From Eukaryota sp. TZLM1-RC (Eukaryota; Protista; Metamonada: BaSk clade), in contig JAUPSS010000002.1 of NCBI GenBank assembly GCA_040285825.1, positions 1,426,001 to 1,490,000 on the forward strand: a DNA stretch of 64,000 nucleotides. Direction: 5' to 3'. Positions 22,080 to 33,749 of the stretch are shown here, one piece after another. Position 1 is the first letter of the stretch. Every line of letters starts with the position of its first letter. A model generated the notes under the pieces. That model saw only the letters and a program-made list of their open reading frames with translations. It made no database searches and was not told the DNA's origin. A program made the translations under genes and the position numbers.

Positions 22080-22570
22080 TAAACGAACTGCAAGAATCTT
22101 ATGTATCAAAGAGCCTCTGCTAAAAGAAACACTGTCATTAAATAATTTTGGTTCTGATGACAGAGGTGATGTATACTGTGATTGGATTGGGAACTCTGAA
22201 GCTGTTCCTGACTTCGTCTCATGTAATGTTGCAAATGACACTTTGGTTCAAAGAAGAAAACTTAATCCTGTAAGTGCTTTTGAATTTACAGCTAAAGAAA
22301 AACATAGAAAATATGACAAAGATATCGAAGAAGCTAATGTTGATAGAAATAGACCACTTGTTTTTATTGTTTTCCCATTTTCGATAAATGGAAGATTCAG
22401 TAACAAAGGCTCAACAAAGCTTTTCAATAGAAATATGCTGGCTTGTCTGAATATGTTTGCATTTGCTGAAGCTAGAATGAGTGGTAATGAAAGGCCTCAG
22501 TATCTGTGTAGTAGATACTTTTTGTAACTATTCCGCACAAAAATTGATCGTGTACTTATGGGGTTTTTCT
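22080..22570 (+). mobile_element. Chimera: RLE family A endonuclease fragment fused in frame to Fanzor family-1 C-terminus and right end
   Basis: ORF 21988..22527: ARILCIKEPLL...FPFSINGRF (family A) joins SNKGSTKLFNRNMLACLNM...GNERPQYLCS (Fanzor) at about 22398. Confidence 0.85.
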
Positions 22571-22938
22571 CCTACTATTAGCAAAACATTGGCTTATTCA
22601 AAAACATCCCTTTCATTGAAATAAAGTCAATCTCTTGTATCTCGTCATTGATATAGCTGTAAAGTTTCATTTAGCACTCTGACTTAGAAGTTAACGCAAG
22701 GCAAAGAACCCTAACTAACCATTGGAAATGTTCAAATCTTGAAGGAGAATTCCGGTATTTAGCGATGTCCTTCCAAAGTTGAAACCATAGTGAACTCAAG
22801 AGTTGAGGCAATATTGTGTAGTCAGTTATTGCTACGCACATTGATTTCATTGTCAGTGAAAATTGTAATCATTTTAAAATAATAAAAAACATTCAATATC
22901 AATTCATAAACAAATAAACTTTATAATAATACAAAAAA

Positions 22939-24750
22939 TTACAAGCTAGAGTTAGTTTCTTGAGTAACAGATCCTAAATTAGAGTCTCCAGCAGGCAGAT
23001 TATAGCCTCCAAAGCCAGGATGATTAAGCGCGACCAAATACCTAAAAGCTTCAACCCAGGAATCTCTTTCTTCTTCAGATGCAGCCTCAAGGTCAAGGGT
23101 TCTGTCACCAGCAATGAGTGAAAAAGACAGATTCTCCCGTCCAGGATTTCCACTTCTCCTTCTAAAAATAGCAGTAGTTTGGCCAACGCAGACATCAGTA
23201 ACAGAATCAGCATGTAATGCATCACGTACCTTGGCTTTAGAAGGATCTCTCCATTGAATAAGCGAGAAGTCTGGTGAAATCCAGATAAACCGGTGGTGTG
23301 GCTTTCCTTTCTTTCCATGTTTCAGGAAAATAGTACCCTCTATCAACTTTGCGCGCAGCCTAGTTTCCATTTCTTTTAATTCCCTTTGCTTGCGTCTTGC
23401 ATCTCGCAATCTTCGTTTGTCTTCTTGAATCAATCGTTTCTCGGCAATTCTCTTGACCCTTAAAGACTCTTCTTCTTGCTCAACTTCATCATGTTCAACT
23501 TCCATTTCAGCTTCCCTTTTAGCAATTTCTTGTCTGATCAATTCCTTTTCCCTTTCAATAAAGTCGTCCTCCAGCCCTTCAATAGTAGATTCTCTAACAT
23601 TTTCTTCAGCTTGACGAAGCAACTCTTCTGCATCTTTTATAGATTGTTCTCTTTCTTCTTCTAATTTCTCCTGGCGAAGTTGAGTGAGTGTCTCAAGAAT
23701 TTCAGCTCGTTTTGATTGGATTTCCGAAAGAAAAGACAGATGTTGACCATTGAAGAAACCATCAGACTCAAGACGATTAGAAACGTCATCAGCCATCATC
23801 ATAAACTCTTTTTCCACAGCCAACAAGGCTTCCCTTCTCTCCCCTTCCTGTTGACAGTCATGGAACAACACGGCATGGCAATCACTGGACACCCTTCGCC
23901 AGAGGTCATTAAGAGTGTCTAATCTGATTTGTTTAAGGGTAGATTCATAAATGAAACCTTCGTCCATTTCGACCCTCAAGTTATCAGCAATCGGGTAAAA
24001 ACCTGGAAACTGATCAGGGTAATCACATTCAAATTGATTCCAATCAAATGATTCGCCTTCCGTAACGTTCCACACATACTCTAATTGAAACTTCCACAGA
24101 GCATTCTCTCCACCTAATCTAAAGCAATCAAAGCAATCAAGTCTTACAAATTCAAACTTTAGGTCAAAATGATTCCGTAGCAATCCCTCAACATCTCTAG
24201 TCCAAAGGTCCTTCATTATGTCAATTTGCTCTTGAATGGTGGTTCTAGCTTGCTCCTTTCTGAATTTAGCATTTTCAGCCAATCTTTTTTGATGGTCTAG
24301 AATTCTTTGTGCTTCTGCTTGTTTAAGACGCTGCTCCACCTTCTTGAATCCCTTCTCCCTGGCTTCTCTTCTTAATTTCTCAGTCACGGAAGATAGCAAG
24401 GGGGACAAGGGCTGATTAGGGGAGCGAGGAGGAGTAGACGGTAGATTTCGAGATTGGGCAAGGTTTACACGGAGTTGATGGAATTCTTCTTCCATTTGGC
24501 TGCGAAGGTCATCGTACTTTGAATCAGCAACTTCTAAGTTCTCTTGGATTCGAGCAAGAACCCTGTCTTTTGTTTCAAGTTTCTTGTGTTCGGCCCAGTC
24601 AGACATCACCTGACGGGTATGAGCGGCGACAAGAGCCAATCGGTCTCGATAAAGTTGCTCTGTGGCGGCTGAAAGAATTGACACACTAGAGGGATTTCCT
24701 TCAAAATCATTATGTGATCTTGAAGGGGATGTAGAAGGAGAAGAAGTCAT
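22939..24750 (-). CDS. Coiled-coil protein with C-terminal PH domain (PLC/Mcp5-type)
   Basis: GTIFLKHGKKGKPHHRFIWIS...IQW...GQTTAIFRR...SFSLIAGDRTLDLEAASEEERDSWVEAF. Confidence 0.85.
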   Translation of the reverse strand: MTSSPSTSPSRSHNDFEGNPSSVSILSAATEQLYRDRLALVAAHTRQVMSDWAEHKKLETKDRVLARIQENLEVADSKYDDLRSQMEEEFHQLRVNLAQSRNLPSTPPRSPNQPLSPLLSSVTEKLRREAREKGFKKVEQRLKQAEAQRILDHQKRLAENAKFRKEQARTTIQEQIDIMKDLWTRDVEGLLRNHFDLKFEFVRLDCFDCFRLGGENALWKFQLEYVWNVTEGESFDWNQFECDYPDQFPGFYPIADNLRVEMDEGFIYESTLKQIRLDTLNDLWRRVSSDCHAVLFHDCQQEGERREALLAVEKEFMMMADDVSNRLESDGFFNGQHLSFLSEIQSKRAEILETLTQLRQEKLEEEREQSIKDAEELLRQAEENVRESTIEGLEDDFIEREKELIRQEIAKREAEMEVEHDEVEQEEESLRVKRIAEKRLIQEDKRRLRDARRKQRELKEMETRLRAKLIEGTIFLKHGKKGKPHHRFIWISPDFSLIQWRDPSKAKVRDALHADSVTDVCVGQTTAIFRRRSGNPGRENLSFSLIAGDRTLDLEAASEEERDSWVEAFRYLVALNHPGFGGYNLPAGDSNLGSVTQETNSSL

Positions 24751-24822
24751 CGGCTAAAAGCACACCAATGTCAAATAGTAGTAAACCAGTTGAGAATACT
24801 GGTGGATGAAGATGAAAATGGA
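24751..24822 (-). mobile_element. Solo Fanzor family-2 right end abutting the PH-gene ATG
   Basis: Aligns to 3978-4057, including exact aatgtcaaatagtagtaa at the same 16-nt offset from the start codon, and ggatgaagatgaaa. Confidence 0.85.
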
Positions 24823-24832
24823 TTTTTACAAT

Positions 24833-25272
24833 CAGTGTTTTAAAAGCCATGGTCTCATCAATCTATTTCCACCAATCTCTTCGCCCGAACGTTCGGCAGC
24901 TTTTGATACGTCCGGTTAGTTGGGCTTCTCGGTTAGTTTCATTAATATCAAACCGCTGTTTCTCTCCTCCTTCCTTATACTATTACACTATATATCAACC
25001 AATAAAGAAAACTTTTATTCAAATTGATCTACAACATCTAAATCTAGGTCATCAACCTGACTTGGAGACAAGGTGCTTTGGCATTGAAAGTTGAGGTAAA
25101 AAAGAGATTTATGTGTGAATACAGATTTTTAAACAAATAGATATACTGCAGTAGTTGAAATAGGGGTTTGGAAAAACGTTTTCGAACAACGTGTAAATGA
25201 ACAACAACTACAGTTCGGCCGAACATTCGGAAGGGTTGCGGACGTTCGGAATTCTAACTTTGGTTTCCACTG
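24833..25272. mobile_element. Possible degenerate hAT-like MITE
   Basis: CAGTG...CACTG ends with clusters of TTCGG/CCGAA near both ends; no clean TSD. Confidence 0.3.
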
Positions 25273-26131
25273 TTTAATCTGCTTAACCTTCTTTTTATTC
25301 ACAATTTAAATTAAAGGGGAAGCCATCATGTCAGGTAAGAGAACAATCTCTCATATTCGAAGTTCATGCACAACAATTGCAAAGTGTTCCCAAAAGTTGA
25401 GGTGTGGTTATTACCAAAGCAGAAGACGTACTGTGATAAATGTGCTGTAAAAGATTAGCAAAAGCAAGATACTTTTCTGTGCCACGCCAAGGATGACATC
25501 AAATTCCAAGCTATCAGAATAATCCTTGACACTTTTTGTTCATTGTTTTACAACTTCAAATTCACAGGAGAATTGTTTGGAATTTCGTGTATTCATAGAG
25601 GTTAATAATTCACTACATCACTTTAAAACATTGGTTTAATGGTTCAATTACAAATTCAACAAATAAAGTCGTTTCTAGTTTAATTAATGTTACTGTTACG
25701 GTGACCATTGTTCTGCCCTCTCTTTTGATGATAACGTTAAGCATTTGACTAGTCAATGCAATTGACAACCATTGGTCAATGAAGCAACTCAATCGATCAC
25801 ACAACTGATCACACCGATGAACACTCAAATGACCACTAAAACGATTCTGAAACCACAATTGTTATATTGATTGTCGGAAAATGGACTTTAAAGATTTGAC
25901 CAATGATTGTAATAAACAACCATTGGTCAATATACGAAACTAGGAATTTCATATGAGCCGTAGTGAATCGTATCAAAAACAATACTTTTAATCTTGAAGC
26001 AAGAGTTTTATATGCTATTCGATAATCTTGACGAACATTTAACAGGGGTGATCTGAATTGTATTGTTCAAAATATATGTAGAAATGCAATTTTTGAGTTT
26101 TCTGAAAGATTTTGAGCAATAGAATTTTTAT

Positions 26132-26863
26132 TTACACCAGGCTCCAAGCATTATCACTCACCAATGATTCATTGACAGACCCCAAACACAAAGACAAAGA
26201 CAATCTTCTATAGACCACTACAAGGGACACATGTTGCAGCTCAAACTTTAACGAAATAAAGAATAACAAAAGCATCAGAACACTAACATATTGGAGAAGT
26301 GCTGCCAAATTGTGAATAAATGGTGAGTCACCAAGAATTAAGGGAACCAACACAAAAATTAGTATTGAAGGAACCATTATAAACAGTACAGCAAGTCTAA
26401 ATTTAAGCCACCGAGGTACACAAAAGGCACTGGGATTATGGTGTTTAAAAGTCTTGATGGAAACAGTTGTTACTATGAAACTAACAATCATCAACGAATG
26501 AAAGAATGCATGTGCAAAAACTGTATGCAGAACGGGAGCTTGGTACAGTGAGACCACTGATAATAAGGAGAGACACACAGAACCAATAGTACCTAATATG
26601 TTAATAATTCTATTAATTTGGCCAGTTTTGTGGGATGACTTTGAGTAAACAGAGCTCCAAATTCGTAGACAAATGTATATGATAAATGCACTAAGTGATA
26701 AGCCAAAGCCAAAGAGTGGTAGTTGGGGATACTGGGATCCGGATTCGGAGATGTAAATGAAATAGTGGTCATATTCATGGACAAAACGGGCAGACACTAA
26801 ACAAATCACAATTGTAGAAATAGAAATAGCTACGCCGTAGAAAGGGAGCTGACAGAGCCGCAT
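26132..26863 (-). CDS. Frag1/DRAM/Sfk1 family multipass membrane protein
   Basis: YISESG...P...LFGFGL, LHTVFAHAFF and LQY motifs; about 6 hydrophobic segments. Confidence 0.8.
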   Translation of the reverse strand: MRLCQLPFYGVAISISTIVICLVSARFVHEYDHYFIYISESGSQYPQLPLFGFGLSLSAFIIYICLRIWSSVYSKSSHKTGQINRIINILGTIGSVCLSLLSVVSLYQAPVLHTVFAHAFFHSLMIVSFIVTTVSIKTFKHHNPSAFCVPRWLKFRLAVLFIMVPSILIFVLVPLILGDSPFIHNLAALLQYVSVLMLLLFFISLKFELQHVSLVVVYRRLSLSLCLGSVNESLVSDNAWSLV

Positions 26864-27031
26864 TCACTCAGATGTAATACAAACAGTGAATCATGAGTGT
26901 ATTCAGCTATCTGAAAACTAGATATCTGGAGCAGTGATGACGACTGTTTATGAGTGATATCATAATGAGACCATGTGTGATGCTGCACAGTAAATACTTA
27001 AGCTTGATAAATCCATTGTATTCAAAAAAAA

Positions 27032-27355
27032 TTACTTAAGAGCTACAAGTTCCATATCGAAATGAAGAGTAGCATTTGGGGGGATAACTCCACCAGCACC
27101 AGCACTACCGTATGCCAATTCAGGAGGGATAATCACTTTGCGGCGCTCACCAACTTGCATTTCCAGAACAGACTGGTCCCAGCCCGCGATGACCTGACCA
27201 GCTCCGGCGTTGAATTCCAAAGGCTGACCTCTTTTGCGAGAGGAATCGAAAACCTTGCCATCTGGAAAGGTTCCAGTATAATGTACAGCAACTTTTTGCA
27301 TCTTGCGAGGCTTGGGTCCATTTCCAGGAGTGATTATTTCGTATTGAACTGGCAT
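27032..27355 (-). CDS. FKBP12: FKBP12-type peptidyl-prolyl isomerase
   Basis: [22 protein letters not shown]...GQVIAGWD...IPPELAYG...[13 protein letters not shown]. Confidence 0.97.
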   Translation of the reverse strand: MPVQYEIITPGNGPKPRKMQKVAVHYTGTFPDGKVFDSSRKRGQPLEFNAGAGQVIAGWDQSVLEMQVGERRKVIIPPELAYGSAGAGGVIPPNATLHFDMELVALK

Positions 27356-27390
27356 CTGAATTTAAAAAAGTTGGGTTTTCAAATCCTTTT

Positions 27391-27720
27391 TTGAAATGGT
27401 GTATTCGAAAAATGCAAAGATATGATTGTACCAAAAAGGTAGAATGTGGACTTCTTCATACACTCATCAACATGTATGGTACCCCTGAAGAAACAAATAT
27501 TATTTTAGGAGATAATGACAGAAAGAAAAACAATTTAAAGCATGACAATAGTACACTAGGTTTTTGTTGGTGTAAATTCTTCACAAGATTTGGATTCACT
27601 GTCTTACTTTCAGAAGAAAAACAAACATCATAGAAGTGTCCAAGTTGTGAAGAAAATGTTCCAACGTTCTGGAAGATACAGAATCCAAGATGATGGAAAA
27701 ATGATGAAAGGAAGTATTGG
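27391..27720 (+). pseudogene. Fanzor family-1-like remnant
   Basis: YGTPEETNIILGD..KNNLKHDNSTLGFCWCKFFTRFGFTVLLSEEKQTS*KCPSCEENVPTFWKIQNPR parallels 11319-11864. Confidence 0.75.
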
Positions 27721-28029
27721 GGTTTATTAAAATGTCAGTCAAAAAATTATCTAAGTGGAAGAGAAGGAGAACCTTGTTTTTGGAAAACGAATCAGGTGGC
27801 ATTTATTAACTTCAAGAAGAGAGCTGATGTTGTATTAGAAGGGAGAGGGACATCAGTTTATTTGTACTATCTGAGCTTTTCATTTGAGATGCATACCTTC
27901 GCCAAGCATCATTCATATTTATTACAAGAACTTTCATGCTTGGTGAGATCGTCCACAGACGTTCTAGAATCCTCGAATAATTGGCCACCAATCTCAGTGA
28001 GACCATTTCTCCTCTAGAACAATACGTAG

Positions 28030-31000
28030 TTTTGAAGCTGGTTTCTTTGTGGTCTCTGGAACGCTTCTGGTCTTGTTCCATAGTAGTCCTCACTAATTGC
28101 AATTTCAACCTATTTCAGTGATGCAGAAATGTCTCTAGACCATACTTGATTACATTCCGGACAACTGAAATAGGCGTTGTGAACTTTAACTTCACCATCA
28201 ACTTCTCGATAGATCTTTTGGTTTAGCATCTTGCAGCAGTTCACCTTTGCAGATGTCATACATTCATCTACCTTCTTCACATTAGCAAATGAACGTTGTA
28301 ACAACTTGAGAAACGCCTTGTGGGGTGTTTTCACTTTTTGACGTGGTGTACCACCTTCTCCATTGCCAAACCAAACCTTTACTTCTCGAGCGTCTGCAAA
28401 TTTTCTTTTTTTTTTCACTTTGTTGATAATTGAGCTGAATCTTTTCTGTTTTCTTATAAAGAAGCCAAATGTGTTTCTCCGCAAATCTTTTCGAGCACTC
28501 AGATATAATTGCTGCTTTAGCAATCATCGTCTTACGTTATTACTTTCATAGTCCTTGTAGTCACCGATAGTTGATATTTCAAGCAGATAATGGTTCAATT
28601 TGTGCACGTCATCAACATCTATTTAGATGAGTGGGTCAGTGAAGCGGAGTGATTGATTTTCCTTGCTTTGGTGCCATGAAGATATTGGATACGGTTGGCC
28701 CTGAACATGTTCCAATGCTGGAACCGCATAGATTTGAGTGGTTGGGGTCGATGGCCCAGAACACCATTTCCGTCTCATCATCAGGTGCCTGCCACTCAGT
28801 AGCTTTTGGTTTCTGGCGAGGTCTTGGCCGTTCAACCTTGGCTTGCAGGGTATGTTTTCTATTCTGGGTGGTTTCGTAGTAATCAAGTTGCCGTCTGGAT
28901 CTCTTATCAGCAGGGTTGGGCAAAAGCTAACGTACTAACACTAAACTACAAAGTACTTTAGTTGCACTAAAACTACATTATGCACATCTTAGTCACACTA
29001 AGGCTAAACTAATCTTGATGTTAGTGTACTAACGCTCAACTAACTTGGACTAAACTAAGACTAATATGAAAAAACAAGAAACAATTTAATAAAAAAACTA
29101 CTATTAGAAATACTGACAAATAAATAGTCATTCCATATTCAAATCAAAATCATTTTCCAACCATGATTTTAGACACAATTGATTTCTAACCATGTCATCA
29201 GACAATCTGTTTCGTTTGGCAGAAACAACATCTCCTGCAATCGAGAACATTCGTTCACAGGATACTGATGTGGGCTGTATAGCTAAAAAGTCTTTTGCAG
29301 CGGAAGCTACTGAAAGGAATCTATTTTCATTGGTTTTCCACCACAAAATTGGATCTTCACACCAATCGATGGGACCTTCGTTCAGGTACCTCTCCAGTTC
29401 ATCACTACATTTCATACCTTTCTCGAGTTGCAACTTTTGAAGAAAAGAGACCTTTTGAGATACATTTCTTGATTGTTGATTCTCCTGTTGCTGCTTTTGA
29501 GACACTAGCGATTTCAACTGCTCTTCAAACTCACTTCTATGAAGTAAAGAAGACGCATCTGGTCTTTTAAAACGTGGGTCCAGTACTGTGCCTGTATAAG
29601 CTGAGAAGTCATACAACAAAGCAATATAACTTTGAAACTTGTCACACATACTGTTCACAGCTGTGACAAGCCATTCAGCGGCGTTTGATGAATAAAAGTT
29701 CAGCAAATGTGTATTTAAGTGGTCTAAAATGGTTAAGACCAGGGCAATAGTCGGATTGCTCTGCTTAGATAAAGTGACAGTCGCGTCATAAAACGGCTTC
29801 AAGAGACCAATAATATCGTCCAGGACAACTAGCTCGTTCTCGTCCATAATTAAGTCAAATCTATTGTTCATATATTGTTTTGTTATGTTGTTTCCCAATT
29901 TCTCTGGCTAGTGTTCTTCTAGAAATTGATTCAGCAGATGAATTATAGAAGTTAAGTAAACTGCGAAATTCAGGTGATTCGACAAAGCCCAAAGGAAGAC
30001 ATTCGAGAATAATGAGTCTTATTAACTGACGACGAGCTTCTTTTCGTTCATCTGACGTGAGGCCTAAGGAAGGAAGTTTACGGCGAACAAATGAATTAAG
30101 AATTGGTTGGGCAGATCGGGTTTTCTCTCTCCAGGAAGGATGGAACTTGTCAAGATGGTATTTAAGCGACGATTGGGAGGTTTTCACTGACATTGAAGCG
30201 GGATTTCGGCACAGACGGCAGTACTTCTTATCATCAGCGACGTATAAAAGTTTGTGGCCATCCCATGTTTGTCTAGGAGAAAGCGGTGCCAGCTCAGTCT
30301 GAGTACCACTAGTGCTCGTGGTTGTATCATCATCCGATACTTCGATTGGTGAATCAGTTCTGGGTAATTTGGTGGGGTTTGGGAAGTTATCACCTGATTC
30401 CATAGTTGAAGGGGTACAAAGTGTATATTTTCAACCAATAGTCTTTAAAGTTGAAACTTATTTCTCATATTCCTGAATTTAGCAGTATCAGATCACTTGA
30501 AATTTATGTGTTTAATTGTTTTTAGTGTAGTGCGAGTTAACTTAGGTTTTGAATAAATAATGTGCTAAAGCTAAACTATGAGATGTCTTAGTCGCACTAA
30601 AACTAGACTAAAGAAATTTCAGTCTTTAGTGCACTTAAACTTAGTTTGGTTGAAGGTTACCGGACTAAGTTAACCCAGTGCCCAACCCTACTTATCAGCC
30701 AAGGCTTCTCCAGACAATTTCACTCGTGTTGCTTTTGGGTGGGGTGAGAAAGTTATACGGACACTATCACCATTAGAAGACATGGTGTAGTCATTAGGTT
30801 TTGTTCTAAAAAATAAATAAGGGTTTTTCAAAATTGTTTGTGATGTTTTTTTGGAGATAAAATGGTCGAGAACCCATGTGGAAAAGGGAACAAAAGCAGG
30901 CTTCAAGCTAGCGATAGGGGTGAGTCTATGTCGTTTAAAAGTATGTGGAAGGGCTTGATCGAGATGGTTTTGGATTGTTAATCCGCAACGAAAGATGTAG

Positions 31001-31696
31001 GTTCTATTCCCTTGATTAAGGGTCACTCTTCGAGAAGAAAGAAGAGTGTTGTACCTTTGCGGATCACCAACCAAGAAGCTAAATACAGTAACAGCCACTG
31101 TATGGTGTGTGTTGAAACAAGAAGGAAAAGGTTGCGAAAGTTCATGTTGTTGTGTAGTACAAAGCCAGCACAAGTGGCTGGTACAGGGCAGTTATGACCG
31201 ACTGCATACGAGCGGAAGAAGTTGAGCTTCCAAGACACAAGAGTATCAGCTAACAGTTACTGGTAATTGCCTTGCAGTTGGTGGCACTTTGCACCCACTA
31301 GTTGTTGGAGAGGCCTACTAATGGGTAGCGCATGCTTAAGATTTTTTCTTGAAACGAACAAAACTGCAAACGGCCATGATGTACAGATTCGTTGGAGCTT
31401 CACATACAAATGACGTTTGCCACGTCTTTTGAATCGATGTCTGACCTTTGGCTCAGAGACCGCCACATAGTCAAGACACTGATCCAGAATTGATGTTGGG
31501 TCAGGAAATGATTGTCAACAGGGAAGCACGCAACAAAAACTCTAGCATAAAAACTGCCCTGGTCAGCCATGGTGTTCATTTTGGTCAGCTGTCCATCAAT
31601 ATAGTGACTCACTGGCTGCTCAAGGAACTGATGAAGGGAGCAGACACATGTCATGACTGCATAGACCTTACTGAAAACGGAAGGTGTACAGACCAT
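28030..31696 (-). mobile_element. Fanzor family-4 pseudogene interrupted by a hAT element
   Basis: N-terminal part 31400-31696 and 30688-31173 (YTMSSNGDSVRITF); after the hAT: WAIDPN (RuvC-I), VDECMTSAKVNCC (RuvC-II), CPECNQVWSRDISAS (RuvC-III), then *VEIAISEDYYGTRPEAF. Confidence 0.85.
28911..30690 (-). mobile_element. Internally deleted hAT DNA transposon (Ds-like), 8-bp TSD
   Basis: TIRs CAGGGTTGGGCA (28911-28922) and TGCCCAACCCTA (30679-30690); TSD CTTATCAG at 28903-28910 and 30691-30698; BED finger (CRLC..HLDKFH) in 29861-30403; hAT dimerisation motif WWK..AIQPTSVSCERMFS in 29128-29898; subterminal CTAAACTA-like repeats. Confidence 0.95.
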
Positions 31697-31894
31697 CCAA
31701 CAAAAATTGGTTTCAACTTTGATTTGTAGTATGAATTTCTATCAAAACACATTTCAGGATTTTGACTAATTCATGCAATTTTGATAGACGTTAAGCATAC
31801 TTTAGAACTATCATTAAATGATATCACAATCAAATGATAGTTAAAGCAACAACATCATAATACGTGTACAGGTACACAAAACACGGAAAAACAT
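31697..31894 (-). ncRNA. Putative omegaRNA / right end of the upstream Fanzor, ending at the ATG of the next Fanzor
   Basis: Perfect 10-bp inverted repeats 31806-31815/31833-31842 and 31738-31747/31779-31788. Confidence 0.55.
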
Positions 31895-33749
31895 TTACCT
31901 AAAGGGCCCCCGGAACGCCTTCGGTCTTTTATTGTCGTAGTGCTCACTTATATCAATCTCCATCTGGTTTCTGGAGGCTGAGATGTCCCCGACCGGAGTG
32001 TCTAACATTAAGGGCAAACAAACCTTATTGTTCACCCTCCCATCATCGTTAGACATCTTTTGATTGAATACATTACAGCAATTCGTTTTAGCAGATGTGT
32101 AGAATTTATCTCCATTAGGTTTCACATATGTAAAAATGTTTCTGAATGTCCTTCAAAAAGTGCTTCCTTGGGGCTTTCACAGGTCGTTTTGATCGCCCGT
32201 CATTTCTACCTCCAAACCAAATAATGGTTTCTTTTCCATTAGCTATTAGTTTAATTCTCTCATTAAATCCCATTATATTTTTTGTCTTCTTATAAAGAAC
32301 GCAAACTTGTTGCGGCGCAGGTTTCGGCGATCTCCATTTATCAGCAGTTGGTCTGATATAAGTGTCAAACGGAAATCGGGATTGCTGATTTCTTCCTGTG
32401 TCGGTACCCACATCAAAGGCATTGCTATTTCATACAGATATTTGCGAAAATTGTGTAGGAAATAGCAATTTGGTGATCCATGGGTCAAGACAGGTGGTTG
32501 AATAATCTTTTTTGCCTTCAGATTTGAAACAAGGCCCAAAAGTTGATGATGAACAAAGTTAATATCTATTTTTGATCCAATTGAATACTCACACAAATTG
32601 GTTAGGATCAAATGTTGCACAAAATGTTCAATATTTAATAACAAAATATTCAATTGGATCAACTGGAGGAGGCTCATAGGTGTCGTCAGTTCTTCGACGT
32701 TGCTTTGGATGGACCTGTTGTTGAACTCTGGAGTTGCGTTTTCGACTCTTGGCAGGCATATCGTGTTGTCCACTGGCTTTGGCAGTTTCAAATTCTCTGG
32801 CTGAGCGGCGATTCTTGGTTTTCTAAGGAGCTGTTGAAAATGTTACCCTGAGAGATAAACCATCTGATGCAAGAGTATACGTGGCAAAGTTTTTTTTGTT
32901 GAAATGCTTGAATGAGTTTCTCAGTAATGGTCGGTTTGGATTTAAACGCAAGAAGTGTGTTTCAAGTTGTTGACTGGAAAAAATAAAACCTGGAAAGTAG
33001 CTTGCGGATGGAGCGAGAGCGTGTCTCTTCATTGTTTCACCGGCCATTTTCTCCAAGAAGGGCAAAATACGGAGGCCGGTAGAGGAGATAAAAGTCATCG
33101 AATCAGCGTTCAATTGGATGTCAACTCCTGCTAGGAGGGCTTGGAACCTAGCAGAGTCACCTACTTGTTGATTAAATAAATCAGTTATGTGAGCATGATG
33201 TTGCTCATACCAACCAAGTAGCTGTTCTGAAACCGCGTAATCTTTAAGAACGGCAGCAGCATATCCTTTAGGAGCTGGACAGTCAAAGAAAACTGCCATT
33301 GTTTTGTAAAAAATAAGTTTCCATACAAATGGGCCATCTGTCATTATTTGACAGAAGCTGCTCCCCATTTGGAGTGCGCGAAAGTTTTGGATGTCAGAAT
33401 GGCACCAGTTGTCAGTCCTTTTGTCATGACCCAGAGGGACGAAGGGACACCTGGTTGGGTCAAAAGCATAAGAAAAAGTTTCGTAAATTTCTCAGTGGTT
33501 TTCAAAGGGTTACTGGACTGGAGGACTGGCCATCATTACAAAGTTCTGGCATTGATACCAGAACTGTTGATAATACAGCCAATGGGCCATGTTTGAATGC
33601 ATCAATATAAAATACTGAGCAAGACGACAGGCCAAGACGCTGACAGTTCGTATGTAACGAAACTGTCGCTTCATTGCATTTCTTGCAGCACTGGTGAAGA
33701 ATTTGGTAGCTGCTGAGAATTCAACAACTGCTGCAGCAACGGTTGTCAT
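31895..33749 (-). mobile_element. Fanzor family-4-related pseudogene (multiple frameshifts)
   Basis: YTLASDGLSLRVTF (WED), ATFDPNQ (RuvC-I, alternate frame), RRNKFAFFIRRQK, IIWFGG, FYTSAKTNCC, DISASRNQMEI..RPKAF; collinear with 28030-31696. Confidence 0.85.

Noticed and set aside
27356-27434. KKGFENPTFL upstream of FKBP as another Fanzor C-terminus
   Set aside because: Similarity to GxERPxYL is too weak and there is no DNA match to the other ends
28110-28112. TAG at a position where the paralogue has Gln, suggesting TAR=Gln recoding
   Set aside because: Intact host genes end in TAA, TAG and TGA at the expected positions; this is a CAG>TAG pseudogene mutation
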